Under the pieces are notes generated by a model, which saw nothing but the letters and a program-made list of their open reading frames with translations, did no database searches and had not been told where the DNA came from. A program made the translations under genes and the position numbers. 64,000 bases of DNA, taken from a bacterium (lineage in GTDB: Bacteria > Zhuqueibacterota > Zhuqueibacteria > Residuimicrobiales > Krinioviventaceae). This document shows positions 9,027 through 18,482 of the stretch, piece after piece. Numbering within the stretch: the stretch's first letter is position 1; the number at the start of each line of letters is the position of its first letter. The DNA lies in contig OY843751.1 of NCBI GenBank assembly GCA_963693055.1, forward strand, positions 2,048,001 to 2,112,000. Direction: 5' to 3'.

Positions 9027-10457
9027 ATGAGTGATATCAACAACTCGGATTCTAACAAGTTGTTAATAATTGATGATGATAAAAGCGTATTAGATTCCAT
9101 TGTATCTTTACTTAAAAATTCAAACTATCAATGTTTAACTGCACCTTCAACCGCTACCGGTGTGAATCTTATTAAATCGGAACAGCCTTTGGTTGTTTTG
9201 ACTGATCTGAAAATGGAAAGAGATTCTTCGGGTATTGAAGTGCTAGAGGAAGCAAAAAAAATTGATCCTGAACTGGTGGTTATTCTTTATACAGCGTATG
9301 GTAATGTACCTGCAGCTGTTGATGCATTTAAAAAAGGTGCTTTTGATTTTATACAAAAAGTTCAAACTCACCATGATATTCTGGTACCCATTGATCGTGC
9401 TTTTAAATTTGCACGTATTCAGCGTGAAAATGCGTTTTTACGCAGTAGAGTAGATCTAACGGATGACGGCAGTTTTTATGGTGCAGTGGGTACAAGCCCC
9501 ACTATTCGTGAGGTTTTTGAAACAGTTAAACGCGTTGCTCGTACCAACGCAACAGTTATGATTACCGGTGAAACCGGTACTGGTAAAGAGGTAATTGCTC
9601 GAGGGTTGCATTATCACAGTCCACGTCAAAGCGAATCATTTGTTCCTGTAGCTGTTGGAACATTGCCGGATAATCTGTTAGAAGGCGAATTGTTTGGCCA
9701 TGTTAAAGGCGCTTATACTGGTGCAACTACAGACAAGCCCGGACTGTTTGAAGCTGCAGATAAGGGCACAATCATGCTTGATGAGATTGGCGAAGTCAGT
9801 ATAGAAATGCAGCACAAGTTGCTGCGGGTTATTCAGGAACGAACTGTAAGAAGATTGGGTAGTGTTAAAGAACGTGATATTGATGTAAGAATTATCAGCG
9901 CAACCAACCGTGATCCTGAAGAATTGGTAAAAGCAGGCAAGTTACGTGAAGATCTTTTTTATCGATTAAATGTGATCCATATCCATATACCACCATTGCG
10001 CGAGCGCAAAGAAGATATACCTATTCTTGCTTATCATTTCCTTAAAAAATATCGGGATATTGGTGTAGTAGAAGTTGAAAAGATTTCAAATGAAACATTA
10101 CTTTTGTTACAGGAATATGAATGGCCAGGAAATGTAAGACAGTTACAGGGAACTATGGAGAGAATGGTAGCGCTTGCCGGCAGACCAGAACTCCGCCCTG
10201 AAGATTTACCAGATAAAATCCGCCCTACAACCAAACGTGTTTATGTGGATACAAATGAAGAGTTGGATTTTAAAACTGCCAAAGCTCGCATTACCGAAGC
10301 ATTTGAAAAACAATATATTGAAAATTTATTGGACAAGTATAATAACAATATTACAAAGGTAGCGGATGCGGCGGGTTTGAATAGAAAAACTATATATCGT
10401 TTAATTGACTCCCGGAATATTAAATTCAGAGGAGTACGTGATGAGGATGACGACTAG
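9027..10457 (+). CDS. Sigma54-dependent response regulator (NtrC/AtoC family: REC-AAA+-HTH)
   Basis: REC (DDD, TDLKM), Walker A GETGTGKE, ELFGHVKGAYTGA, LDEIGE, WPGNVRQL and a C-terminal Fis-type HTH. Confidence 0.95.
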   Translation: MSDINNSDSNKLLIIDDDKSVLDSIVSLLKNSNYQCLTAPSTATGVNLIKSEQPLVVLTDLKMERDSSGIEVLEEAKKIDPELVVILYTAYGNVPAAVDAFKKGAFDFIQKVQTHHDILVPIDRAFKFARIQRENAFLRSRVDLTDDGSFYGAVGTSPTIREVFETVKRVARTNATVMITGETGTGKEVIARGLHYHSPRQSESFVPVAVGTLPDNLLEGELFGHVKGAYTGATTDKPGLFEAADKGTIMLDEIGEVSIEMQHKLLRVIQERTVRRLGSVKERDIDVRIISATNRDPEELVKAGKLREDLFYRLNVIHIHIPPLRERKEDIPILAYHFLKKYRDIGVVEVEKISNETLLLLQEYEWPGNVRQLQGTMERMVALAGRPELRPEDLPDKIRPTTKRVYVDTNEELDFKTAKARITEAFEKQYIENLLDKYNNNITKVADAAGLNRKTIYRLIDSRNIKFRGVRDEDDD

Positions 10458-10502
10458 TTGATATAACAACGGGGGATTATACCGCATTAGATACCCAAGG
10501 GA

Positions 10503-10551
10503 TATGTACTTTACACCACAGTTTCTTTTCAAGAGTGGCCTGAGGGCAACA
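10503..10551. promoter_or_regulatory. Tandem candidate enhancer sites, 31 bp apart
   Basis: TATGTACTTTACACCACA (10503-10520) and AGTGGCCTGAGGGCAACA (10534-10551), both near TGT-N12-ACA. Confidence 0.4.
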
Positions 10552-10655
10552 CATCTCGTCTTTAAAAAATGACTTTTTTGTACATATAAAATATTATTTA
10601 CTTGTAAGTTTTTGTTTTTATTGTGTTTAATATTATGGTCTTTTAGTGCCATTTA

Positions 10656-10672
10656 CTGGCATGAAACTTGTA
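10656..10672 (+). promoter_or_regulatory. Putative sigma54 -24/-12 promoter
   Basis: CTGGCATGAAACTTGTA, i.e. GG-N10-GT with a non-canonical -12, 54 bp before the ATG at 10726. Confidence 0.55.
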
Positions 10673-10725
10673 CTGGCAGTAATAGAAAAATTAAAGACCA
10701 TTCACTAAACAGGGTGTATGACGGG

Positions 10726-11148
10726 ATGATGAAAGAAAATATTAAACTAAAAAAAGCCAAATTGATCCTCGTTGGAACGATCGATTTTGGTGTTGTTGAA
10801 GGTCTTAAAGAACGTATGAAAGGTGCCAATTACGAGGTACATTTCGTTCAAAAAGGTATCAGCGTATTATCAGAAATTTTGGATAATGATGTTGATTTAC
10901 TTATACTTGATCTTGAACTTGCAGGAATTATGGGTGTTGAAATTCTTCCTGTAATACGACGTTTGCGTCCACGTTTACCTGTAATATTGATTACAGATGA
11001 TTTTACAAATCGAGTACGCAAAGTAGCCGCTGAACTTGGCATTACTTATCAGGCAAGTAAGCCTATGTCACCAAATGAAACTGAAGCTATTATATCTGCA
11101 ACTGAAAGTATTGTTGAAAAAAGCGCGCTCAACACATTAGCTATATAA
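10726..11148 (+). CDS. Single-domain response regulator receiver, atypical
   Basis: DLLILDLEL...PVILITDD...SKP. Start moved to 10726, downstream of the promoter; the first acidic pair is missing. Confidence 0.8.
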   Translation: MMKENIKLKKAKLILVGTIDFGVVEGLKERMKGANYEVHFVQKGISVLSEILDNDVDLLILDLELAGIMGVEILPVIRRLRPRLPVILITDDFTNRVRKVAAELGITYQASKPMSPNETEAIISATESIVEKSALNTLAI

Positions 11149-11163
11149 TTATTTAGAATTAAT

Positions 11164-11214
11164 AAGCCACCGGAAAAATTTTGTATTCCAGATTTTGCCG
11201 GTGGCTTTTTTTTT
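11164..11214 (+). terminator. Intrinsic terminator
   Basis: AAGCCACCGG...CCGGTGGCTT followed by a T-run. Confidence 0.85.
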
Positions 11215-11260
11215 GTTTCCCCCATAAATTATTTCATCCCCCAGGTTTAAATTCAAGTGT

Positions 11261-11308
11261 TGTGACATACAGTCAACAGTATTTCATATATGTCCATTGT
11301 AATAACCA
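11261..11308. promoter_or_regulatory. Tandem candidate enhancer sites, 30 bp apart
   Basis: TGTGACATACAGTCAACA (11261-11278) and TGTCCATTGTAATAACCA (11291-11308), 150-200 bp upstream of the sigma54 promoter. Confidence 0.45.
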
Positions 11309-11457
11309 ATTAGTAAACGAATATGTAGTTTATTTGATACCATTATTTAAGATTGAAAGTAACAATGACATTTTCGCACTATATTAAGTCTATAAAAAAC
11401 AAGTATTTGAAATTTTTATTTTTGCGGCTTTTTGAATTGGCAATCATTTTAGATTTT

Positions 11458-11474
11458 TTGGCATAAACTCTGCT
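11458..11474 (+). promoter_or_regulatory. Sigma54 -24/-12 promoter of the surface protein/polysaccharide operon
   Basis: TTGGCATAAACTCTGCT = TGGCA with exact GG-N10-GC spacing. Confidence 0.8.
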
Positions 11475-11533
11475 TTAGCAAGGGTAGAAAATAAATAAGA
11501 TACAAGAAATGAAGATTTTTGAGGAGAGAAGTA

Positions 11534-12823
11534 ATGAAATATAATCAACGCAAATTTAACCGAATGAAACAGAATAGACGCGTTTTCAGTCTGTTTGTTC
11601 AGGCTCATTCTACGGTTCTCTCTTTTTTATTTGTGTTATTCTTTTTTACTCAGGTATATGCAGCCGGTTCTCTTGTAGCAAGCTGGAGCCCCAATGCTGA
11701 ATCAGATCTCGCAGGATACAAAATTTATTATGGCACTACATCCGGTGATCAGACAAACTGGCAAATGGTAGATGTTGGTGATGTCAATCGTCATGTATTT
11801 CATGATCTGGTTGCAGGAGATACTTATTATATGGTTGTTACTGCATATGACTGGGCAGGAAATGAGAGTGAACCTTCAACTGAAGCAACCGCTGTTGCAA
11901 CTAATCGAGATGTAACAATTGCATATACTGAAGATAACGGTTTGGTTATTACTTGGGATGCTGTAAGTGGTGCAACTGCATATGAGATTTATAAAAGCTC
12001 AAGCGCATATTTTACACCAACTACGCCTTTAACTACTGTAACAGGTACACAGTATACAGATAGTAATTTTTCACGAGAAGCTGATACTGGATCATATTAT
12101 ATAATTACAGCTAAAGCTAATGAAACAGAATTGTTTACTTTTTCTACAATTGGTGCTTTAAATATAAAGTTGAACGGTGCCAAAAATCTGGTATCTGTTC
12201 CTTTTATTACATCTGATTCAACTTTATCAACAGTTTTAGGTACCCAACTTACTGGTAGCAGTTTTTCAAGTCAAGCTGACCGTGTTAGAGTTTGGAACGG
12301 AAGTGAATATGAAATGGCATGGTTGGTTGATGGAACCGGTACAGATTATGATGGTAAATGGTTTCGAAAAGCTGGCGATATGGAATCACCTATCAGACTT
12401 GTACCTCAACAGGCTTTTTGGATTGAACTGGTAAATCCGGTTCCAACCGATTCTGTAGTAACAGTTGCTGGCAGAGTTGCTGAAGATGCTAGTTATACAT
12501 ATCAATTAAATAGTGGTCCTAACTTTGTTGGTTCGTATTATCCATCAGATATAACTTTGGCTAACACCAATTTAGGACTCAGTGGAGCAGTAACCGGTGG
12601 TTTGAATGGTGCTGTCTCTGATAAAATTATGCATTGGCGTAATGTTAATGACTTTGACGTGGCCTGGCTTGTAGCTGGTTCAGGAACGAGCTGGGACGGG
12701 GAGTGGGTGAATGAGCGAGGTGATGCTCTTTCTAATATGACTTTCAAGGCAGGCCACGGTTATATTATTATGATTAAAAATGACAATACAACCCGTAACT
12801 GGCAGTTACCGAAACCCAATTGA
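11534..12823 (+). CDS. Secreted fibronectin type III domain protein with a duplicated C-terminal beta module
   Basis: Signal peptide, WSPNAESDLAGYKIYYG...VTAYDWAGNES FN3 and a second FN3-like domain. Two repeats (NLVSVP...AFWI and NFVGSYY...GYII). GAGGAG RBS before the ATG at 11534. Confidence 0.8.
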   Translation: MKYNQRKFNRMKQNRRVFSLFVQAHSTVLSFLFVLFFFTQVYAAGSLVASWSPNAESDLAGYKIYYGTTSGDQTNWQMVDVGDVNRHVFHDLVAGDTYYMVVTAYDWAGNESEPSTEATAVATNRDVTIAYTEDNGLVITWDAVSGATAYEIYKSSSAYFTPTTPLTTVTGTQYTDSNFSREADTGSYYIITAKANETELFTFSTIGALNIKLNGAKNLVSVPFITSDSTLSTVLGTQLTGSSFSSQADRVRVWNGSEYEMAWLVDGTGTDYDGKWFRKAGDMESPIRLVPQQAFWIELVNPVPTDSVVTVAGRVAEDASYTYQLNSGPNFVGSYYPSDITLANTNLGLSGAVTGGLNGAVSDKIMHWRNVNDFDVAWLVAGSGTSWDGEWVNERGDALSNMTFKAGHGYIIMIKNDNTTRNWQLPKPN

Positions 12824-12856
12824 TCTTGGGACGAGATGTTAAAAGGAGTAATTGTG

Positions 12857-13918
12857 ATGAACAAAGCTTATACGATTATATTAGTAATATTTTTAACCAT
12901 GCTGGTTGTAACGGTACAGGCCGGAACATTGGAAGCTTTTTCCGATGAAGGTTGTGTTGATGTTAACGGTTCTACCTATCTTGTTGGAAGCAACAGTAGT
13001 GGTGACCTTGTACAATTGATCTGGACCGGTCCTGATGGTAAAATTAACGAAGCTGATGATATGGGCAATGCAACCGGTGATGATGTAGTTATCGATTCAA
13101 CTTATATCGGTTATGGAACTTTACCAGGCGTGTCTGCAAACGGTCGTTTTGGAAAAACATTTACCCATGATCTTTTAGCAGCATCCTATACGGTTTATAT
13201 CCGTACATGGAACGCTCCAACAATTACCGGCTTGACAGATGCTTATGGTAATTCTCCAATACGGACTATGCAAAGCGATATTGACCATTTCAATTGCGGC
13301 GCAGTTCGATGTATTGAACGTACAAGTACACCTGTAGAATTGACCAGTTTCACCGTTAATTCTGAACCCGGAAAAATGGTTTTGAATTGGGTAACCCAGT
13401 CTGAAACTGAAAACCTTGGATTTTACATCTACCGTAGTGAAACTATAGATGGTGAACGTGTAAATGTGACTGAATCCATGATTAGTGGTGCAATTAACGC
13501 ACAATCCCGAAATGATTACAGTTGGATTGATAATGGCGTTGAAGATGGTGTTGTATACTATTACTGGCTGGTGGATGTGGCTACAACTGGTGAAACTAAT
13601 TTTTCAGATTCTCAAAAAGCAATTGGTATTGCCAAACCCGATCACTATGAATTGAGCCAGAATTATCCGAATCCATTTAATCCCAGAACCACGATTAAGT
13701 ATACACTCAAAGATGACGGTCATGTAGAGCTCGCTATCTTTAATATACGTGGTCAACTGGTACGCAGTCTGGTAAGCAGTGAACAATCAGCTGGCGTTTA
13801 TTCAATGATGTGGGATGCCAAAGATGACAATGGTGTTTCATTACCAAGCGGAATCTATTTTTACAGAATACGTTCTAACGAGTTTGAATCTATTAAAAAG
13901 ATGTCCTTGACCAAGTAA
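12857..13918 (+). CDS. Secreted protein with PVELxSF Ig-like module and FlgD/T9SS-type C-terminal domain
   Basis: Signal peptide, TPVELTSF...ETENLGFYIYRS, QNYPNPFNP...SGIYFYRI...KKMSLTK; AAGGAG RBS. Confidence 0.85.
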   Translation: MNKAYTIILVIFLTMLVVTVQAGTLEAFSDEGCVDVNGSTYLVGSNSSGDLVQLIWTGPDGKINEADDMGNATGDDVVIDSTYIGYGTLPGVSANGRFGKTFTHDLLAASYTVYIRTWNAPTITGLTDAYGNSPIRTMQSDIDHFNCGAVRCIERTSTPVELTSFTVNSEPGKMVLNWVTQSETENLGFYIYRSETIDGERVNVTESMISGAINAQSRNDYSWIDNGVEDGVVYYYWLVDVATTGETNFSDSQKAIGIAKPDHYELSQNYPNPFNPRTTIKYTLKDDGHVELAIFNIRGQLVRSLVSSEQSAGVYSMMWDAKDDNGVSLPSGIYFYRIRSNEFESIKKMSLTK

Positions 13919-13931
13919 CAGGTCTTGGGCA

Positions 13932-13968
13932 TTTTTACTAAAAATTTTTACTAAATTTTTTTACTAAA
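13932..13968. repeat. Three tandem TTTTTACTAAA units
   Basis: Directly visible between the CTD-protein gene and wza, with a period of 11-13 bp. Confidence 0.7.
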
Positions 13969-13994
13969 TAATTTATTATTAAGCGGAATCGAAA

Positions 13995-14753
13995 ATGAAA
14001 ACAGTACGAAATACAATCTCTCTTACCTTGACCCTGATGCTTTTGAGCGTATTGACAGCGTGTTCTGTAAATCCTCCGGCAAATCCTCAACAGGAAAAGG
14101 TACAGGGAAAACATCGTACAGTTTTTAAAATGAAGGCTCCGCAGAATAATATTACAGAGTCCACATCCTACCGTTTAGGATATGGAGACAGCATTGAAAT
14201 AAAGTTTTTTAACAATCCGGAATACAACGAAACAATTACAGTGCGCCCTGATGGCCGAATCAGCTTGCAGCGGGTTGGTGATATATTTGTTATCCAGATG
14301 ACTCCAGCAGAATTGGATGACATTATTACACAAACTTATAGCGAAATTCTGATTAATCCCGATGTTACCGTTTTTGTACGGGAGTTTGGCGGCCAGGATG
14401 TATACGTAATGGGTGAAGTTGAAAATCCGGGAGTATTCAAAGTAACAAAAGGTATGACCATGTTAAGGGCTATCGCCGCGGCAGGCGGGCCCAAGGGTGG
14501 TGCGGAGTTGGGTAGTGTCTTACTTATCCGCAATGACGGACATAGTCGTGGTGAGGCTGTACGGGTGGATTTAGCATTGTCAACATTGCGTAAAAATCTC
14601 AATTATGATTTACCTGTTCAATCCTATGATGTCGTTTTTGTACCACGAACGTTTATTGCGGATGTCAATTCTTTTGTAACACAGTTATATGATATTGCAC
14701 TACCGCCATTCGACATTTGGTCCAGATATAATTACTGGTATGGCTCAAAGTAA
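13995..14753 (+). CDS. wza: Polysaccharide export lipoprotein (Wza/OPX, Poly_export + SLBB)
   Basis: Lipobox LTAC, YRLGYGD...VRPDGRISL, VMGEVENPG. Confidence 0.9.
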   Translation: MKTVRNTISLTLTLMLLSVLTACSVNPPANPQQEKVQGKHRTVFKMKAPQNNITESTSYRLGYGDSIEIKFFNNPEYNETITVRPDGRISLQRVGDIFVIQMTPAELDDIITQTYSEILINPDVTVFVREFGGQDVYVMGEVENPGVFKVTKGMTMLRAIAAAGGPKGGAELGSVLLIRNDGHSRGEAVRVDLALSTLRKNLNYDLPVQSYDVVFVPRTFIADVNSFVTQLYDIALPPFDIWSRYNYWYGSK

Positions 14754-14785
14754 CAGTTATTTGATCACTAAATAGGATTGACAAC

Positions 14786-16312
14786 ATGATTGAGTACAGT
14801 CGATATGACAGTCCAATATCTCCAACAAGTTTTATGAGTATATTGAACAAGCGGAAAAAATTGATTATAACATTATTTGTTCTGGTTTTCGCAAGTATTA
14901 TTGCAGCATCATTTGTATTACCACCGGTTTATCGGTCAACTGCAAAACTGATGGTTAATTACCAGGGTGAAGATGAAAAGAGTTATATGTTGGGTATGGT
15001 TTCTTCAGGCAATCGGGCCCAATATGATCGCATCGGTTCCGAGCTTGCAATTGTAAAAATGCACAGTATTCTTGAACCGGTTGTTAAGGAATTGGAAATG
15101 GACAAACCTGAAGAAAAAGAGTTTTCAATATTAAAATCTCTGGGACTTGGCAACGAAGCAATTGCAGAAGAAAACCCGGAAATGCTCCATAATCAGGCCG
15201 TAGTTAAACTTTCCAAAGATTTAAATGTAGAACGTGAAAAAGATACCAATGTGCTGGTATTAACCTATGATGCGGATGATCCACAATATGCTGCAAATGT
15301 AGTAAAGCAGGTTGTGAGTGAATATATTGGTCAACGTCCATTACTTGACAGAGACGACAGAGATTATGAATTTTATGACAAACAGATAACAGATATTGAA
15401 GAACGTATAGCTCAGCTTGAACAGCAGGGAATGAAGTACCGCAGCTATGAACGGTTATTGCAACCCGATGAACAAACCAAGATTTTGGTAACATCTGCAG
15501 CTGATTTTGATAAAGAACTGACTAAAACCAGATCTGAACGAATTTCCAAAGAAGCAAGACTTGAAGTTATTCGTGAACAATTATCAAGTGGTAAGCAGGC
15601 TATAACATTTCCCAATATGGAATCGAGTGAAAAAGTTGGACGTATGGATTATCTGAATGAATTAAAGAAAACCAAACTTGAACTTGAACTTGAAAAAAGC
15701 GCCATGGCAAAGAAATATACAGATAAACATCCTGAAATGGTGCGAGTAACACAGGCAATAGAATCAACAAATATAAAAATACAGGCAGAGATCAATGAGT
15801 TTATTAGAGCTGAAGAAACCAGTGTACGCGCTTTGCGGGCAACGGAACAAGCTTTGGCTGGAAAAATGAATCAGGTTGTCAATTCTGTAGTGGATCTTTC
15901 CCGTCAGGAATATGAACTTGGTAAATTGACCATTGGTATTGAAGATTTACGCGAAGTGCATTCTATGCTTATTCGTAAACGTGAAGAAGCAAGAATTGCT
16001 GCCAGTAAGCAAGAATATAATATCAAAGTACGCGTGCTGGAACCTGCAATGACTGCTCCTCATCCTGTAAAACCGAACAAGGCTTTGTTTGCCGGACTGG
16101 CGGTGGTGTTAGGGATTATGATTTCCTTTGGCGGTGCGTTTTTTATCGAGATGTTTGATCACTCGGTAAATACTGTGGAAGATGCCCAACATTGTTTGGG
16201 GTTGCCTATTTTGGCTGCAATACCGGATTTTGAATCAAGACGTCTTGGAAACGCTATGCAGCGTCTGCAAGCTCCCCGGTATTCAATGAATGAAATGGCA
16301 ACGGTGGATTAA
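14786..16312 (+). CDS. Polysaccharide co-polymerase/chain-length determinant (GumC/Wzc N-terminal part)
   Basis: Two TM segments flanking coiled coils, YTDKHPE, PVKPNK and LPILAAIP. Confidence 0.9.
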   Translation: MIEYSRYDSPISPTSFMSILNKRKKLIITLFVLVFASIIAASFVLPPVYRSTAKLMVNYQGEDEKSYMLGMVSSGNRAQYDRIGSELAIVKMHSILEPVVKELEMDKPEEKEFSILKSLGLGNEAIAEENPEMLHNQAVVKLSKDLNVEREKDTNVLVLTYDADDPQYAANVVKQVVSEYIGQRPLLDRDDRDYEFYDKQITDIEERIAQLEQQGMKYRSYERLLQPDEQTKILVTSAADFDKELTKTRSERISKEARLEVIREQLSSGKQAITFPNMESSEKVGRMDYLNELKKTKLELELEKSAMAKKYTDKHPEMVRVTQAIESTNIKIQAEINEFIRAEETSVRALRATEQALAGKMNQVVNSVVDLSRQEYELGKLTIGIEDLREVHSMLIRKREEARIAASKQEYNIKVRVLEPAMTAPHPVKPNKALFAGLAVVLGIMISFGGAFFIEMFDHSVNTVEDAQHCLGLPILAAIPDFESRRLGNAMQRLQAPRYSMNEMATVD

Positions 16313-16335
16313 TTAAAACCTTTTTGGAGGAAAAA

Positions 16336-16548
16336 ATGAGAAATCAATTGAAAATTAAAAGATGGGAAGCCGGATTAAAACAATATGAACTGGCATTTCT
16401 GCTGGGTTGCAGCTCTACATATCTTTCAATGGTAGAGAATAACCGAATTGAAGCAACTGTAGAATTTAAACGCAAAGTTTCAGAGATTTTTAATGTCAGT
16501 ATTGGCGAGATTTTCCATGAAAATATCAATACAACGGCAATGGCTTAA
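16336..16548 (+). CDS. XRE-family HTH protein
   Basis: LKQYELAFLLGCSSTYLSMVENN; GGAGG RBS. Confidence 0.85.
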   Translation: MRNQLKIKRWEAGLKQYELAFLLGCSSTYLSMVENNRIEATVEFKRKVSEIFNVSIGEIFHENINTTAMA

Positions 16549-16579
16549 TTGGATATTATAATTGAATAATGGAATGGCC

Positions 16580-17566
16580 ATGTATACTAAATATTTTAAA
16601 TTAAAAGAAGAACCTTTTACAACTACTCCGGATCCCCGCTTTTTATATGAAAGCGAAATGCATCAGGAAGCACTTGATCGCCTGATGATGGGTATAACCA
16701 GCAGACGCGGTATTAATGCTATTGTTGCTGAACCCGGTTTAGGTAAAAGCACAATCATCAGAACACTTTTGAACGGTTTAAATAAAAAAGTCCATTTTGC
16801 CTGGGTATTCAATACCACGATGGATATAAAAAATCTGATCAAATACATTTGTCAGGATTTTGGTTTTAAACCCAAGAGTGATGATTTGAGTGAAATTCTT
16901 TTAGAGTTTTATACCTTTTTGGTTAACGACTATCAAAAAGGGAATATACCCCTGTTAATAATTGATGAAGCACAAAACTTAAAGGCAGATGTGCTTGAAG
17001 AGATCCGTCAGCTTTCGAATCTGGAAACCATGCAGAATAAATTATTACAAATCATTCTGTCTGGCCAACCTCAACTCGATGTTATATTAGATTCTCCGGA
17101 ATTGCAGCAATTAAAACAGCGGATATCCTTAAAAGCCATTCTTCGTCGTTTGGATTATAATGATACCGTTCAATATATACAGCATCGTTTAAAGGTTGCC
17201 GGCGCAAAACGTGATGATATTTTTACCGAAGCGTCTATGAAAATGATCAAAAAGATTTCCGATGGTGTACCCAGACTGATAAACCAGGTGTGTGATAACG
17301 CACTCATGCTTGCGGCCCGTCGTGAAATGAAAAAAGTAGATTCCATTTTAATTGCAGAATTGTTTGAAAAAGGCATGGTTATGGCCGCTGGTCCTGAACC
17401 CGTAAGCTCTCGTTCAAATTATACTGCACTCAAGCAACGTAAACAAGTAGAGACTGAAAATTTACACCCACATCCCCAAACGACAGTTAAACCGCTTCCC
17501 AATATTATGGAATCGATTTCAGATGAATTTGGTGGATTGGACCTGAACCGATTAACAATAAACTGA
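16580..17566 (+). CDS. ExeA/GspA family AAA ATPase
   Basis: YFKLKEEPFTTTPDP, Walker A EPGLGKS, LIIDEAQNL, QIILSGQPQL, GVPRLINQVCDNAL. Confidence 0.92.
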   Translation: MYTKYFKLKEEPFTTTPDPRFLYESEMHQEALDRLMMGITSRRGINAIVAEPGLGKSTIIRTLLNGLNKKVHFAWVFNTTMDIKNLIKYICQDFGFKPKSDDLSEILLEFYTFLVNDYQKGNIPLLIIDEAQNLKADVLEEIRQLSNLETMQNKLLQIILSGQPQLDVILDSPELQQLKQRISLKAILRRLDYNDTVQYIQHRLKVAGAKRDDIFTEASMKMIKKISDGVPRLINQVCDNALMLAARREMKKVDSILIAELFEKGMVMAAGPEPVSSRSNYTALKQRKQVETENLHPHPQTTVKPLPNIMESISDEFGGLDLNRLTIN

Positions 17567-17583
17567 TTTTTTGAGGTGCTAGA

Positions 17584-18477
17584 ATGAGCGTTGTCCATGA
17601 ATTGTTGTGTCAGATCGAAGAAAAGGAAAATTTACAATATTTCCGTCAGCCTGCCCCTGTAGAGACCACTACAGATAATGGTTTATTTGTATTTGATCTG
17701 CCAAAAGAGATCATAAATGATTTTTACGGTCTCAAAGAATATGTCCGTATCGCCAATCGTGGTGGCAACGTTCGGGTTTTGTCTATTACAAGTTCTACTT
17801 ATGGTGAAGGTGCTTCTACCATAGCTACTTATCTAAGTTTTTTAATGGCCGGTGGTCTTGTAAAGCAACCGGCGGTTCCTGCTGCACAACAGGAAAACAA
17901 TTCACTGTTTAATGACAGTTTGCGAGCACTAGTAAATCACAATCGTAAATCTAATGTTGTTCCCATGGATAACGAATCCTCAAACTCGAGATTTTCAAAC
18001 AGAGATGATATATTACTCATCGATGCAAATCTTGAACAGCCCGGTCTGCACCGGTATTTCGGATTACCCGATGAGATGGGCCTGGGCGAAATTATTGAAC
18101 AAAATCAAGACTGGAAAGAATATGTCCGGTCTGTTGATAATAGTAATTTAAAGATCATCACTGCGGGCAGTGCTGAATCTAAATCCATCGAATTGTTAAG
18201 CTCTGACAGGTTTCGCGCTCTGGTACGTCAGTGGCGTAACACTTTTAAATATGTAATTATTGATACACCCCCGGTATTGAACTCTATTGAATCTCTTAGT
18301 ATTGCGTCAGTATCTGATGGTGTAATTCTTATAGTTTGTGCCGGACAAACCCGCTGGGAAAACGCACAAACCGCAAAAATGAAATTAATGTCTGCTAAAG
18401 CCAATGTGCTGGGAGTTGCCCTTAATCGCCGCAAGATGGATATTCCTGATGGACTATATAAACGACTGGTTTCTTAG
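17584..18477 (+). CDS. CpsD/CapB (BY-kinase) family protein with degenerate P-loop
   Basis: SITSSTYGEGAST, LLIDANL, VIIDTPPV; no C-terminal Tyr cluster. Confidence 0.85.
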   Translation: MSVVHELLCQIEEKENLQYFRQPAPVETTTDNGLFVFDLPKEIINDFYGLKEYVRIANRGGNVRVLSITSSTYGEGASTIATYLSFLMAGGLVKQPAVPAAQQENNSLFNDSLRALVNHNRKSNVVPMDNESSNSRFSNRDDILLIDANLEQPGLHRYFGLPDEMGLGEIIEQNQDWKEYVRSVDNSNLKIITAGSAESKSIELLSSDRFRALVRQWRNTFKYVIIDTPPVLNSIESLSIASVSDGVILIVCAGQTRWENAQTAKMKLMSAKANVLGVALNRRKMDIPDGLYKRLVS

Positions 18478-18482
18478 GGGGA

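Noticed and set aside
10612-10725. N-terminal extension of the receiver ORF
   Set aside because: It overlaps the sigma54-like promoter; the ATG at 10726 or 10729 is more plausible.
11181-11387. 68-aa ORF between the receiver gene and the surface operon
   Set aside because: It starts inside a terminator hairpin and covers the enhancer region; no RBS or motif.
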